From contig JALOOZ010000012.1 in NCBI GenBank assembly GCA_025454155.1, positions 1 to 56,518 on the forward strand: a stretch of 56,518 bases of DNA, given 5' to 3'. Under the pieces are notes generated by a model that had not been told where the DNA came from, did not search any database, and saw nothing but the letters and a program-made list of their open reading frames with translations. Made by a program: the position numbers and the translations under genes. The DNA is from Thermodesulfobacteriota bacterium. Lineage in GTDB: Bacteria; Desulfobacterota; Desulfomonilia; UBA1062. Shown here piece by piece: positions 44,087 through 53,283 of this stretch. Every line of letters begins with the position of its first letter. The stretch's first letter is position 1.

Positions 44087-45649
44087 TCATGTCCCGGGAT
44101 TGATCTGAAAGATGTAGTACGTTGTTCTCTGCGTACCGATCGTTTCAAGAAGACGGAGCTTCTCTGGATGTTCTGACCTCGCTTTATCCGTCATGAGGAC
44201 GAAGGTGGTCCCCGTATCGGTCAAGGTCATCAGCTGTTGTTCGTTCAGCGATCGAATCGTCCTGCCCGAGGCCCAGATGATCTCGGGTGGGAGGTCACCC
44301 AGGGAGAAGAAATCCTTCCCGCGGTATTGAGTCTCATCCCGCAAGTGCAGAAACGGCCTGGCTTCGTCCTGTCCGAGGTGACTGGTGAAAACGGGCGTGA
44401 GGAAGACAAGGCACAGGCAGAGGCCGGCCATGGCGATCAGGGGCGTCTGATCCATACGGTTCTTCGTATAGAGGTATATGAGCACTGCCCCGGTATACGC
44501 CAGCATGGGAACACCCAACAGGAGCAGCAACCTGCCTTGGGAGAACCAGGCCAGAGTTCCGGCAGCAGCGAAATAGGCCGCCCCTGTCACCACGCAGAAG
44601 ATCCCGTACACGATCTTACGGGCATGTCCCGATTCCTTCTGCAGATATCCCGTCGAAACGGCCGAGACAACGGCGGCGGGGACCACTGCTGGAAGGAGGT
44701 AACGCAGCTTCTTTTCCGGGAAGACCGTTATGGAGACGATTGAGAGGATGAACCAGAAGACGAAGAATTTCTCCTGGGGCCTCCAGTCTTTTTTGATACA
44801 TGCCGCTGCGAGGCCATACAAGAGGAAAAACACCCAGATGCCAACGATCTCCTGGAAGTGGAGCAGGTAGTACCACAGGGGCTCGGTGTGATTGGTGAAC
44901 CACCCGGTGGATTCCTTCGATGCCACCGCAACTGCCGCATGGGGTGTGTTCAGGTATACGTAGAAGGGCCAAGCGGCTGAAAGGACTGCACAGAGGAGAA
45001 AGGCCCACAGGAGCCCCCACCTGCTTTCCCGCAGATCTTTCAGGCCAAAGGCAAGGGCGTAGCTTATGAGGAACGGCACCAGCATGACCCAGAAGGGTAC
45101 CGGGCCCTTGCTGTAGAAGGCACAGGCCATGAGGACGGAAAACAGGACGAGAAAGAGCGGTCTGCCTTTCGTGCGCATGATGGCCTCGGCCAAGGTCCAT
45201 ACAGCACCTGTCATGAACGTGATGGAGAAGATGTCCCAGGCATTCTTGCGAGCGGAGAGCATGAACAGATAGCTCGTGGACAGGACGAGCATGGATAGAA
45301 GGGCAAGCGCACTGTCCCCGGTGATCCGCCTGACGAGAAGGTAGGTGAACAGTGCGAGCAAGAGGGCGGACATGCCCGCCGGGATCCTGTTGGCAACGAG
45401 ATTGGCGTCGGACCCGGCCCACAGCATGAATGCTGCAGTGATCCATGTGGGCAGGGGCGGCTTGGCGATACGGAGTTCTCCGTTCATGGTTGGCAGAAGC
45501 CAGGACCCCCCTGCAGCCATCTCCCGGGCCGTGATGAAGTTCCTGGCCTCCATGACGTTCACGGGCACGAGGTCGCAGTAGAGGAAGATGGATATGAAGA
45601 GGACGACCGGGATGAATATGATAATAAAGATCTTCTTCAGGTCATTCAT
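44087..45649 (-). CDS. GT-C glycosyltransferase, family 39/83 (ArnT/PMT-like)
   Basis: ORF 44087-45676, polytopic membrane protein. The N-region reads ...EARNFITAREMAAGGSWLLPTMNGELRIAKPPLPTWI... (ArnT-type first periplasmic loop). The start is at ATG 45649 or 45676. Confidence 0.8.
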   Translation of the reverse strand: MNDLKKIFIIIFIPVVLFISIFLYCDLVPVNVMEARNFITAREMAAGGSWLLPTMNGELRIAKPPLPTWITAAFMLWAGSDANLVANRIPAGMSALLLALFTYLLVRRITGDSALALLSMLVLSTSYLFMLSARKNAWDIFSITFMTGAVWTLAEAIMRTKGRPLFLVLFSVLMACAFYSKGPVPFWVMLVPFLISYALAFGLKDLRESRWGLLWAFLLCAVLSAAWPFYVYLNTPHAAVAVASKESTGWFTNHTEPLWYYLLHFQEIVGIWVFFLLYGLAAACIKKDWRPQEKFFVFWFILSIVSITVFPEKKLRYLLPAVVPAAVVSAVSTGYLQKESGHARKIVYGIFCVVTGAAYFAAAGTLAWFSQGRLLLLLGVPMLAYTGAVLIYLYTKNRMDQTPLIAMAGLCLCLVFLTPVFTSHLGQDEARPFLHLRDETQYRGKDFFSLGDLPPEIIWASGRTIRSLNEQQLMTLTDTGTTFVLMTDKARSEHPEKLRLLETIGTQRTTYYIFQINPGT

Positions 45650-45660
45650 GCCGTACTTTG

Positions 45661-46089
45661 TTATTCCATTGCCCATTCTTCCAGGATCTTAAGTTCATCG
45701 GGTGTCACTTCAGACCCTGCATGCATCCATGTATAGGGCAGTGGCGGCATTTCACCGTCCCTGATGATATCTATCACGTCCGAGATCAGCACATGTTGTT
45801 TGTCTTTGGTGTAGCGGGACCATGCGGAGAAGTTCAGGCGCTCCCGGGACTCTGCTGCGTCGTGGGCAATGAGCCAGGATAGGGGCGCTACCTTGCTGTA
45901 CCAGGGCCAGATGGTCTCATGGGAGTGGCAGTCATAGCAGGATGTCTTGAGGATCGCCTTTATCTCTGCAGGAACTTGGATGTCTGCTTCAACTGGCGGA
46001 TTGATGCGGTTGACAGGGATGAATTGAATGATCACGAAAATGGCAACAAAGCCTGCGGCAATGACCGGTGCGTGCTGTTTACTCTTCAT
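45661..46089 (-). CDS. Haem-binding-domain protein (CxxCH), membrane-anchored
   Basis: 142 aa with an N-terminal TM (VIAAGFVAIFVIIQFI), then ...LKTSCYDCHSHETIWPWYSKVAPLSWLIAHD... and ...MPPLPY... This is a Haem_bd-type domain. Confidence 0.7.
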   Translation of the reverse strand: MKSKQHAPVIAAGFVAIFVIIQFIPVNRINPPVEADIQVPAEIKAILKTSCYDCHSHETIWPWYSKVAPLSWLIAHDAAESRERLNFSAWSRYTKDKQHVLISDVIDIIRDGEMPPLPYTWMHAGSEVTPDELKILEEWAME

Positions 46090-46107
46090 CTGTAAAGGTT
46101 GAGGCGA

Positions 46108-46728
46108 TCAGCCCGTTTTCATAAAAAGTGCCACGGTCTGCGCATGAATCACGGGCAATACCCTGTGGCTCTCGACGAGCTTCCACCCGGCATGGCCGGC
46201 CTCATCCAAGATTCTGGCAGAATCGAGGAAGGCCTTCCTGCCGTTGCGGACAGATCCATTCCTGTTGAGTTTTCGCGAGAATTCGTGGAGAGAGCTGCTC
46301 CTGTAATAGGATATCAAGAAGAATCTCCGGGAAACCCGAGCCGCCTCCTTGAAGACCGCCTTCCTGGTTTCTTCAGTTACCAGATGGTGGAAGAGACGGA
46401 AAGTCACCATGCCATCGAAAGCCCAATTCCTGAATGGAAGCCGAGTGACGTCGCAGGCGGTGTCCGAATACCGCTCCATTCTGTTTTTGAAATAATGGTT
46501 GTGTGCGGCCACCGTGCCTGTGCTCAGATCACTTGAAACGAGAAGACCGCTCCTCCTGGCAAGGATGTCTGTCAGCCGCCCATACCCGCTGGGACAGTCG
46601 AGGAGGCTCTCGAACAGCCCACCTGCCCTTTCCAGAAGCCTCTCCAGCAGGTTCATCTCACGCGAATGGATTATAGACTGACCCCCGGCTGGGTATCTCC
46701 GTGCCATATAGTCATCAAGGCTCTTCAT
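46108..46728 (-). CDS. Class I SAM-dependent methyltransferase (putative)
   Basis: ORF 46108-46842. The start is set at MKSLDDYMARRYP (46728). A motif-I-like LLDCPSGYGRLTDIL is present and the size fits, but the assignment is moderate. Confidence 0.6.
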   Translation of the reverse strand: MKSLDDYMARRYPAGGQSIIHSREMNLLERLLERAGGLFESLLDCPSGYGRLTDILARRSGLLVSSDLSTGTVAAHNHYFKNRMERYSDTACDVTRLPFRNWAFDGMVTFRLFHHLVTEETRKAVFKEAARVSRRFFLISYYRSSSLHEFSRKLNRNGSVRNGRKAFLDSARILDEAGHAGWKLVESHRVLPVIHAQTVALFMKTG

Positions 46729-46756
46729 GGTGCACTGTTTCCTTTTATAAAAATGG

Positions 46757-47455
46757 TTAGTGGGAGTTTCTGACGGTAGCTGGAAACCATTTGCCAAACA
46801 GCTTGCGGGAAAAAACGGACAAGACCATGAGCACCGTGGCAACAGTGATCTGCCACAGGTTGCCCTTTACCCCGCCGCTCCCATAGGTGGCGAAGACCAC
46901 TGCCAGAGGGATGAATCCCAACAGGGAACCGAGCATGAACCCCCTGTAGGAAACCCTGCAGCTTCCGCAGAGCAGGCTCATGAGCGTTGAATTGGAAAAG
47001 GGGAAGAGTCTCCCGTAGAGCACCCACCAGAAAGCGTTCTCCTGAAACCGTCTCCGCCACATTCTCAGGTTGTCACCCATTCTCCTTTCCACCATGCCTG
47101 CAAAAATGGAGTGTCCTGCCTCATAGAGTATCGAGGCGCCGATGAGGGACGCGAGGATGGACAGGAGTGTACCCATGAGCGCGCCGTAGATGATCCCGCC
47201 AACTGCACTGGCCCAGAGCCGGGGAACGCCGGCAGTAATGAGACCTGCCCAGAGCAGGATGAACAGGAATGCGGATAGGAGCTGGCCCGATCCCCCGTGC
47301 CCGCCCTGGAGGATCTCCCTCATGCCCTGGAAATCGAGAAGATAATCCCTTACCCCGGGCCTTCCGAGGAGGACTGCCATGGAAGCGAACAGAACCACCA
47401 GCATGACGACTCGGCCCGTATCCGAGGCCAGGTGCCTATCGATCTTCAGGTCCAT
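46757..47455 (-). CDS. TVP38/TMEM64 (DedA-superfamily) membrane protein
   Basis: 232 aa, polytopic, with ...LFILLWAGLITAGVPRLWASAVGGIIYGALMGTLLSILASLIGASILYEAGH... It overlaps the GT2 3' end by 20 nt. Confidence 0.7.
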   Translation of the reverse strand: MDLKIDRHLASDTGRVVMLVVLFASMAVLLGRPGVRDYLLDFQGMREILQGGHGGSGQLLSAFLFILLWAGLITAGVPRLWASAVGGIIYGALMGTLLSILASLIGASILYEAGHSIFAGMVERRMGDNLRMWRRRFQENAFWWVLYGRLFPFSNSTLMSLLCGSCRVSYRGFMLGSLLGFIPLAVVFATYGSGGVKGNLWQITVATVLMVLSVFSRKLFGKWFPATVRNSH

Positions 47456-48203
47456 GTCCCTCCGTTACCGAGTACCTCAGTGCCCTCTTTCTGAGCCAGA
47501 AGACCCCTGCCAGGTCGGCAAGTCCCACCCAGAGCCTGCTGTTAATCCCACCGCCGTACTTGCTCGTACCGTGTTTCCGTGCCCGGTGGTTGACCGGGGT
47601 TTCTGCCACGGTGAATCCAGCCATGATGAACAGCGCCGGAAAGAACCGGTGGGCGTTCCTGAAGAACCGGACGCGGTCAAGGCATGCACGGCGGAAGACG
47701 CGCACGGAGCAGCCCACATCCGTGATGTCGTCCTTGAGCACCGAGGAACGCACCGTGTTGGCTATCGTGCTGGACAATCGGCGTATGAAACTGTCTGCAC
47801 GCCTCTGCCTGATCCCGCACATCATGTCCACACCCCGTCTCTTCATCTCATCGAAGAGGCGGAAGATATCGCTGGGGTCGTTCTGACCGTCGCCGTCCAG
47901 GGTTGCGATATATTCGCCACGTGCAGTGCGGAACCCTGCTTCCAATGCCGCGGACTGGCCGCTGTTGGGATGCAGGTGGACGGCCCGAAGGTTTTCGTGC
48001 GTTTGTGCAAGCCTGTCCATGATCGCTGATGTCCCATCCGTGGAGCCGTCGTCCACCATGACGAACTCCCATGAGATTTCCCTGTGCGCAGAAAGGGCAT
48101 CCATGACCTCCCTGTACACCATGTCCAGGGATTCCGCCTCATTATAGAACGGGATGACCACACTCATCGTTACCATTTTCCCGCCATTTGTATTATTGCC
48201 CAA
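47436..48203 (-). CDS. GT2 polyprenyl-phosphate glycosyltransferase (ArnC/GtrB/DPM1-like)
   Basis: 255 aa: ...MSVVIPFYNEAESL...FVMVDDGSTDGT...ATLDGDGQNDP... plus C-terminal TM helices. Confidence 0.85.
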   Translation of the reverse strand: MGNNTNGGKMVTMSVVIPFYNEAESLDMVYREVMDALSAHREISWEFVMVDDGSTDGTSAIMDRLAQTHENLRAVHLHPNSGQSAALEAGFRTARGEYIATLDGDGQNDPSDIFRLFDEMKRRGVDMMCGIRQRRADSFIRRLSSTIANTVRSSVLKDDITDVGCSVRVFRRACLDRVRFFRNAHRFFPALFIMAGFTVAETPVNHRARKHGTSKYGGGINSRLWVGLADLAGVFWLRKRALRYSVTEGHGPEDR

Positions 48204-48305
48204 TGAGTATAGGAAGTACTGGTTACGTCAAGATTACCGGCAGATTATCTTTTGGTAATGTTCTATGATTGCGGGGCGAGTAGAAAGATCGATGAGGGCC
48301 GGCGG

Positions 48306-49688
48306 TCACCGTGCGGCGGGAAGGATTACAGTGAAGGAGGTTCCTTCCCCCGGGTCGCTCTTCACGGAGACTTCACCGTTGTGGGCCTTCACGATGGATC
48401 GCACAAGGCTGAGCCCGAGGCCGTTTCCCGGTGTCGATCGGCTCTTGTCTGAACGGTAGAACTTTTCGAAGATGTGCGGGAGATCCTTCTCTTCGATGCC
48501 TTCGCCGGTGTCGGACACGAGGATTTCCACGTGACCTGAGCGTTCCCTTCCTGCTATGACCACCCTCCCTCCCGCATGGGTGAATTTGAGGGCATTGTCC
48601 AGGAGATTGGAGATGCACCTCTGCAGGCGGGCCGTGTCGCCCTGTATGAAAAGATCCGATGAAGGCATGTCGAGCTCGAAGGATATCCCCTTTTCATCGG
48701 CCACTGCGAGGAAAAGGTCATGCGCCCTTCCAACGAGCCCGGTGAGGTTGACCTTTTCCCTGGCAAGGCGGATGACCCCGGCATCCGTTTCCGCTATTTC
48801 CAGCATGGTGTTGATGATGCCGCTCAGGGTGTCGCATTCCTCGAGGACAAGGGCAGCCATTTCCTGAGACCTGTTCTCTATGAGGGCAGACTCGGCGACG
48901 ACGCGTATTCTTGTCAAGGGGCTCCGGAGTTCATGGGCGATGTTGTTGCTCACCTCTTTCAGGTCGGATATGAGCACATCGATCCTGTCGAGCATGGAAT
49001 TGAAGGTTGTCGCAAGAGACTGGATCTCTTCACCTTCTTCACCAAGAGGCACCCTGGACGAGGTGTCGCCCCTGCCGATGCTGGAGGCCGTCAGGCGGAC
49101 CCTTTCCACACCGAGCATGGCCTTTTTCGAGATATACCACCCCGTGATACTCCCTATGAGCACGGCAAGGACCATGACCGTCAGAGACATCTCGATGAAC
49201 GCACTCAGGAAGGCCTTGTCACCTTCTGTGTTCATCCCTATGGTGATGACGTTCCCGTCTCCCAGCATCTGATGCGCCATCCTGATGCCATGGGGGTGGC
49301 GCCTGGAGGAAAAGGTCTCGAACTGCACCCCTTTCCAGGGTATTCCAGCACCCGAAGAGAGGGGGACATCCTCCCAGTTCCTCATGTCTGATGCAGCCAC
49401 GACCATATTGTCACGGTTGGTTATCCTGATGAACACCCGGTTGACACCTTCGGACTCGGCCTCATGGATGATGACGGGCCTGAGCATCTCCATTCCGCTG
49501 GCATGGTAGAGCATCCCGAATTCCCTGAGTTCGGCGACAAGTTCATCGTTCTCCCGCTCCATGAGAATCGAGGAGAGCATGAAATAGATCGCCATGAAGC
49601 TGAACAAACTTGCAGTGGTGAACAGCACGGCGTACCAGAGGGCAAGGCGTGAGGATACCGTCTTGAACAGTCTAATCTCTCTCTTCAA
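48306..49688 (-). CDS. Sensor histidine kinase (two TM, HAMP, HisKA, HATPase_c)
   Basis: 460 aa: ...NNIAHELRSPLTRI... (H-box), ...DNALKFTHAGG..., ...DTGEGIEEKDLPHIFEKFYRSD..., ...GNGLGLSLVRSIVKAHNG... Confidence 0.9.
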   Translation of the reverse strand: MKREIRLFKTVSSRLALWYAVLFTTASLFSFMAIYFMLSSILMERENDELVAELREFGMLYHASGMEMLRPVIIHEAESEGVNRVFIRITNRDNMVVAASDMRNWEDVPLSSGAGIPWKGVQFETFSSRRHPHGIRMAHQMLGDGNVITIGMNTEGDKAFLSAFIEMSLTVMVLAVLIGSITGWYISKKAMLGVERVRLTASSIGRGDTSSRVPLGEEGEEIQSLATTFNSMLDRIDVLISDLKEVSNNIAHELRSPLTRIRVVAESALIENRSQEMAALVLEECDTLSGIINTMLEIAETDAGVIRLAREKVNLTGLVGRAHDLFLAVADEKGISFELDMPSSDLFIQGDTARLQRCISNLLDNALKFTHAGGRVVIAGRERSGHVEILVSDTGEGIEEKDLPHIFEKFYRSDKSRSTPGNGLGLSLVRSIVKAHNGEVSVKSDPGEGTSFTVILPAAR

Positions 49689-50349
49689 GGATGTACCCTA
49701 CCCCGCGGATGGTATGGATCAGCTTGTTGTCGAACGGGCGGTCGATCTTGTCCCTGAGGTGGCAGATGCGGGCCTCCACGACATTGGTGTGGGGGTCGAA
49801 ACTGTAGTCCCAGACATGCTCGATGATCATGGTCTTGGACACAACCCGTCCCGCATTCCGCATGAGGTATTCAAGAAGCGAGAACTCGAGATGCTGGAGA
49901 TCAATTCTCATGCCGGACCGGGTAATCCTTCTTGACAGGAGATCCATGGAGAGGTCTCCAACCGTGAGGGCTGTCGGTTCGGTCACGGATGTTGCCCGGC
50001 GTATAAGGGCCTGGATGCGTGTAAGAAGCTCGGAGAGGGCGAAAGGTTTCACCATATAGTCATCGCCCCCCGATTGCAGCCCCTGGATCCGGTCGTCCAC
50101 CGTGCTCCGTGCGCTGAGAAAAATGACCGGCAGGGAGATGCCGTTTTTTCTGATTCGTTCGATGAGCTGAAATCCGTCCAGCTTGGGGAGCATGACATCA
50201 AAGACGGCTGCGTCAAAGGTCTCGTTGAGCGCCATGATGAGGCCCTCTTCCCCGTCCTTTGCATGCTCCACGGTATACCCCCCCTGGCTGAGCATCTTCC
50301 GGATAATGTCGGCTGTCCGGATGTCGTCTTCAACCAGGAGTATCCTCAT
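49672..50349 (-). CDS. OmpR/PhoB-family response regulator
   Basis: 225 aa: MRILLVEDDIRTADIIRKML...DAAVFDVMLPKLDG... plus a winged-helix domain (...LEFSLLEYLMRNAGRVVSKTMIIEHVW...IHTIRGVGYIL). Confidence 0.92.
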   Translation of the reverse strand: MRILLVEDDIRTADIIRKMLSQGGYTVEHAKDGEEGLIMALNETFDAAVFDVMLPKLDGFQLIERIRKNGISLPVIFLSARSTVDDRIQGLQSGGDDYMVKPFALSELLTRIQALIRRATSVTEPTALTVGDLSMDLLSRRITRSGMRIDLQHLEFSLLEYLMRNAGRVVSKTMIIEHVWDYSFDPHTNVVEARICHLRDKIDRPFDNKLIHTIRGVGYILEERD

Positions 50350-51317
50350 GCCGGCTCCATGCAGTACGGCATGACCCGCAGGTGCGCCGTGGCCCTGCTC
50401 TTGGCCGTGAAGTCCGTGAAGGCCCTCTTCACCGCGTCTTCAGACAGGCCCAGGGCCGAGGCGGTCTCCGGTATGCCGATCCCGTGCTCCCAAGCATAGA
50501 GGAGATGGTCGAGCTTCTCGAAGGGGATGCGGAAGAAGAACTCCTGGTCCGTGACCGGTAGGCTGAAGGTGTCCGGGCTGGGCGAGCGGTCGATGATCTC
50601 GGGGATGACCCCCAGGCAGTCCGCCAGCTGATAGATCTGGTTCTTGTAGAGGTGCGACAGTGCCTCGATGTCCGTGCCGCCGTCGCCGTACTTGCAGAAG
50701 TCACCCAGGAGGAACTCGGTGCGGTTCGTGGTGCCTGCCACCACGTACCCGCGACGCTCCGCCTCGCTGTAGAGGTGAAGCATGCGCGCCCTGATCTTGA
50801 TGTTGGCAAAGGAGGTGATGGCCCTGAACGCCTCGAATCCCAGCCGTTTCTTTTTCATGGTGCCGTCGGCGAGCTGCACCTGGATCACGTAGAAGCTGAA
50901 CGATTCGCGTTCGAGCAGGTCAGTGGGCAGCGATATGTTATACCTGCACCCGGGACCGTACTCGGGGACCAGGGAGCGGATATACTCATCCCTGAGGGCG
51001 TAGGGCATGACGCTGTCCACGGTGGCCGTGATGTCGACCTCGCGGCAGGAGATGCCCATCTTTTCCGCATGGGCCCGGGCATAGGAGCTGCTCACCGGGT
51101 TCGACTCCCCCTCCGGAAGCACGAGGCCCACGACCGCCTCCCTGCCCAGGGCCCTCACGGCGAGCTCGCTCATGACCGCCGAGTCGATGCCGCCGCTGAG
51201 CCCCACCACGATGCCCGACCTCCGGTACACGGTCTTGACCTGCTCCTGGAGGAACGCCGCAATCCTCCGGGTTTCATGCTCCGGGTCGATCTTGAGTATG
51301 TCAGGGCCGAACGCCAT
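50346..51317 (-). CDS. nadE: NAD+ synthetase-like PP-loop ATP pyrophosphatase
   Basis: 323 aa: ...VVGLSGGIDSAV... (SGGxDS) and ...VVAGTTNRTEFLLGDFCKYGDGGTDIEALSHLYKNQIY... Its stop overlaps the response-regulator ATG (ATGA). It is longer than the classic NadE by my recollection, so the specific function is less certain than the fold. Confidence 0.7.
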   Translation of the reverse strand: MAFGPDILKIDPEHETRRIAAFLQEQVKTVYRRSGIVVGLSGGIDSAVMSELAVRALGREAVVGLVLPEGESNPVSSSYARAHAEKMGISCREVDITATVDSVMPYALRDEYIRSLVPEYGPGCRYNISLPTDLLERESFSFYVIQVQLADGTMKKKRLGFEAFRAITSFANIKIRARMLHLYSEAERRGYVVAGTTNRTEFLLGDFCKYGDGGTDIEALSHLYKNQIYQLADCLGVIPEIIDRSPSPDTFSLPVTDQEFFFRIPFEKLDHLLYAWEHGIGIPETASALGLSEDAVKRAFTDFTAKSRATAHLRVMPYCMEPA

Positions 51318-51496
51318 GGGGCCTCCTGTCTGTCATGGGATGGGAAACGTCTGAAGGAAATAGTACCACCGGTGAGATTCCCATACAAGGTGCAAGGTCC
51401 TGCCCTGAAGGATTTCCCATTGATGGAACCGTCATATTTGCAGTACAAGTTGCCGATAGAGAGAACGAATCCAAAGAATGAATCAAGGGGTTTTGC

Positions 51497-51751
51497 ATGC
51501 CAGATGTGATTGCCATTGTCACCGGATTTATTCGTGAAAACTTCATCGCCGGCCGCAGCGATGTGACGGTCGACCCCGCTGTATCGCTCATCGAGAGCGG
51601 GATCATGGACTCCACCGGTGTCCTCGAGCTCGTGGAGTACCTCGAATCCACCTTCGACATCAAGGTGGATGATGAGGAACTCGTGCCTGAAAACCTGGAA
51701 ACCGTGAACAACATCATAAAGTTCCTCAAGGCTAAGGGCGTAGCTTCGTGA
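51497..51751 (+). CDS. Acyl/peptidyl carrier protein
   Basis: 84 aa with the phosphopantetheine attachment motif ...ESGIMDSTGVLELVEYLE... (DS). Confidence 0.75.
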   Translation: MPDVIAIVTGFIRENFIAGRSDVTVDPAVSLIESGIMDSTGVLELVEYLESTFDIKVDDEELVPENLETVNNIIKFLKAKGVAS

Positions 51752-53283
51752 TGAGGCTCGTCCACGATTTCCTGGCAGAGACTGCCAGGAGACATCCCAG
51801 CAAGGCGGCAATCCTGCACGGGGACCGCTCGGCGACCTATGCCGAGATCGAGGAGCTCTCCAACAGGCTTGCACACCTGCTCTTGAGTGCAGGCCTGTCC
51901 AAGGGGGACCGGGTTCTCACGGTCATGGAGAACTCCATCGAGAACGTGGTGTCCTACTACGGCGTCCTGAAGGCGGGCGGGGTGTGCGTGGAGATCCATG
52001 ACAGGTCAACCCCTGCCGAGACCGGGTACTACGTCCGGAATTCCGGGGCCGGGGTGTGCATCCTCTCGAAGGCGGCGGCCCCCAGGCTTGAGGGCGTGGA
52101 AGTCCCTGTCATCATCAGCGCGGAGGCCGTGCGGAAAGGGCCCGGGCAGAGGGTATTCCGGTGGGACGAACTCGATGCCATGCCCGGTGCCTCGCCCCCG
52201 GTCTCCATTGAAGAGCATGACCTGGCGGCCATTGTCTACACCTCGGGCAGTACGGGGAGCCCCAAGGGTGTCGTGCTGACGCACCGGAACATCTGTTCGA
52301 ACACGCAGGCCATCGTGTCGTATCTCGGCCTGCATGAATCCGATCGCATCATGGCGGTCCTGCCCTTCTACTATGTCTACGGCAAGACCCTGCTGAACAC
52401 CCACTTCATGGCAGGGGGCTCGGTGGTCGTCAACAACCGCTTCGCCTTCCCCAATGCCGTTGTCAAGGAGATGGTGGACAGGGAGGTGACCGGCTTCGCC
52501 GGGGTGCCCTCCACCTTTGCCATACTCATGAACCGGTCCATCTTCTCGAAGACCGCCATGCCGTCACTCCGATATGTCACCCAGGCCGGGGGGGCCATGG
52601 CACCGGCGCTGACGCGTCGCCTCATCGACCATCTCAAGGGTGTCCCCCTCTTTGTCATGTACGGCGCCACGGAGGCCTCTGCCAGGCTCACCTACCTGCC
52701 GCCCGAGCGCCTCGTGAGGGACAAGCTCGGATCCATAGGCATCCCCATACCGGGGGTCGAGGTCACGGTCAGGGATGATGCGGGCAAGGAGCTTGTCACC
52801 GGAGAGGTCGGCAACATCTGCGCCACGGGCCCCAACATCATGCAGGGTTACTGGCAGGACCCGGAAGAGACGGCCAGGGCCCTGAAGCCCTGGGGGCTCG
52901 TCACCGGAGACCTCGGCCAGAAGGACGAGGAGGGGTTCATCTACCTCACGGGCAGGAAGAAGGACATGCTCAAGATCGGTGGGGAGCGGGTCTCCCCCAA
53001 GGAGATCGAGGATGCCATCATTGCATCGGGCCTGGTCCACGAGACCGCAGTGATCGGGCAGCCCGACGAGCTCCTTTCCGAGGTCCCTGCGGCGTATGTG
53101 GTGCCCATCGAAGCCGGCACCTTCGACCTGGAATCCCTCAAAGGGTATCTCGCCGAGCGGCTTGCAGGACACAAGCACCCGAAGTTCTGGCATGTCCTGA
53201 AGGCGATGCCCAAGAAACCGTCCGGCAAGATCGACAAGGAGGCCTTGAAAAATGATGTACTGCACGAAGTGCGTGTTGCCTGA
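51751..53283 (+). CDS. AMP-dependent synthetase/ligase (carrier-protein or CoA ligase)
   Basis: ORF 51748-53283. ATG 51751 overlaps the ACP stop (TGATG). It has ...IVYTSGSTGSPKGVVLTHRN..., ...YGATEA..., ...LVTGDLG..., ...GGERVSPKEIE... and ...PKKPSGKIDK... Confidence 0.85.
   Translation: MRLVHDFLAETARRHPSKAAILHGDRSATYAEIEELSNRLAHLLLSAGLSKGDRVLTVMENSIENVVSYYGVLKAGGVCVEIHDRSTPAETGYYVRNSGAGVCILSKAAAPRLEGVEVPVIISAEAVRKGPGQRVFRWDELDAMPGASPPVSIEEHDLAAIVYTSGSTGSPKGVVLTHRNICSNTQAIVSYLGLHESDRIMAVLPFYYVYGKTLLNTHFMAGGSVVVNNRFAFPNAVVKEMVDREVTGFAGVPSTFAILMNRSIFSKTAMPSLRYVTQAGGAMAPALTRRLIDHLKGVPLFVMYGATEASARLTYLPPERLVRDKLGSIGIPIPGVEVTVRDDAGKELVTGEVGNICATGPNIMQGYWQDPEETARALKPWGLVTGDLGQKDEEGFIYLTGRKKDMLKIGGERVSPKEIEDAIIASGLVHETAVIGQPDELLSEVPAAYVVPIEAGTFDLESLKGYLAERLAGHKHPKFWHVLKAMPKKPSGKIDKEALKNDVLHEVRVA

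Noticed and set aside
51424-51442. A sigma54-like TGGAAC...TTGCA element upstream of the ACP gene.
   Set aside because: The GG and GC dinucleotides are 15 nt apart rather than the required 12, so it does not fit the -24/-12 geometry.
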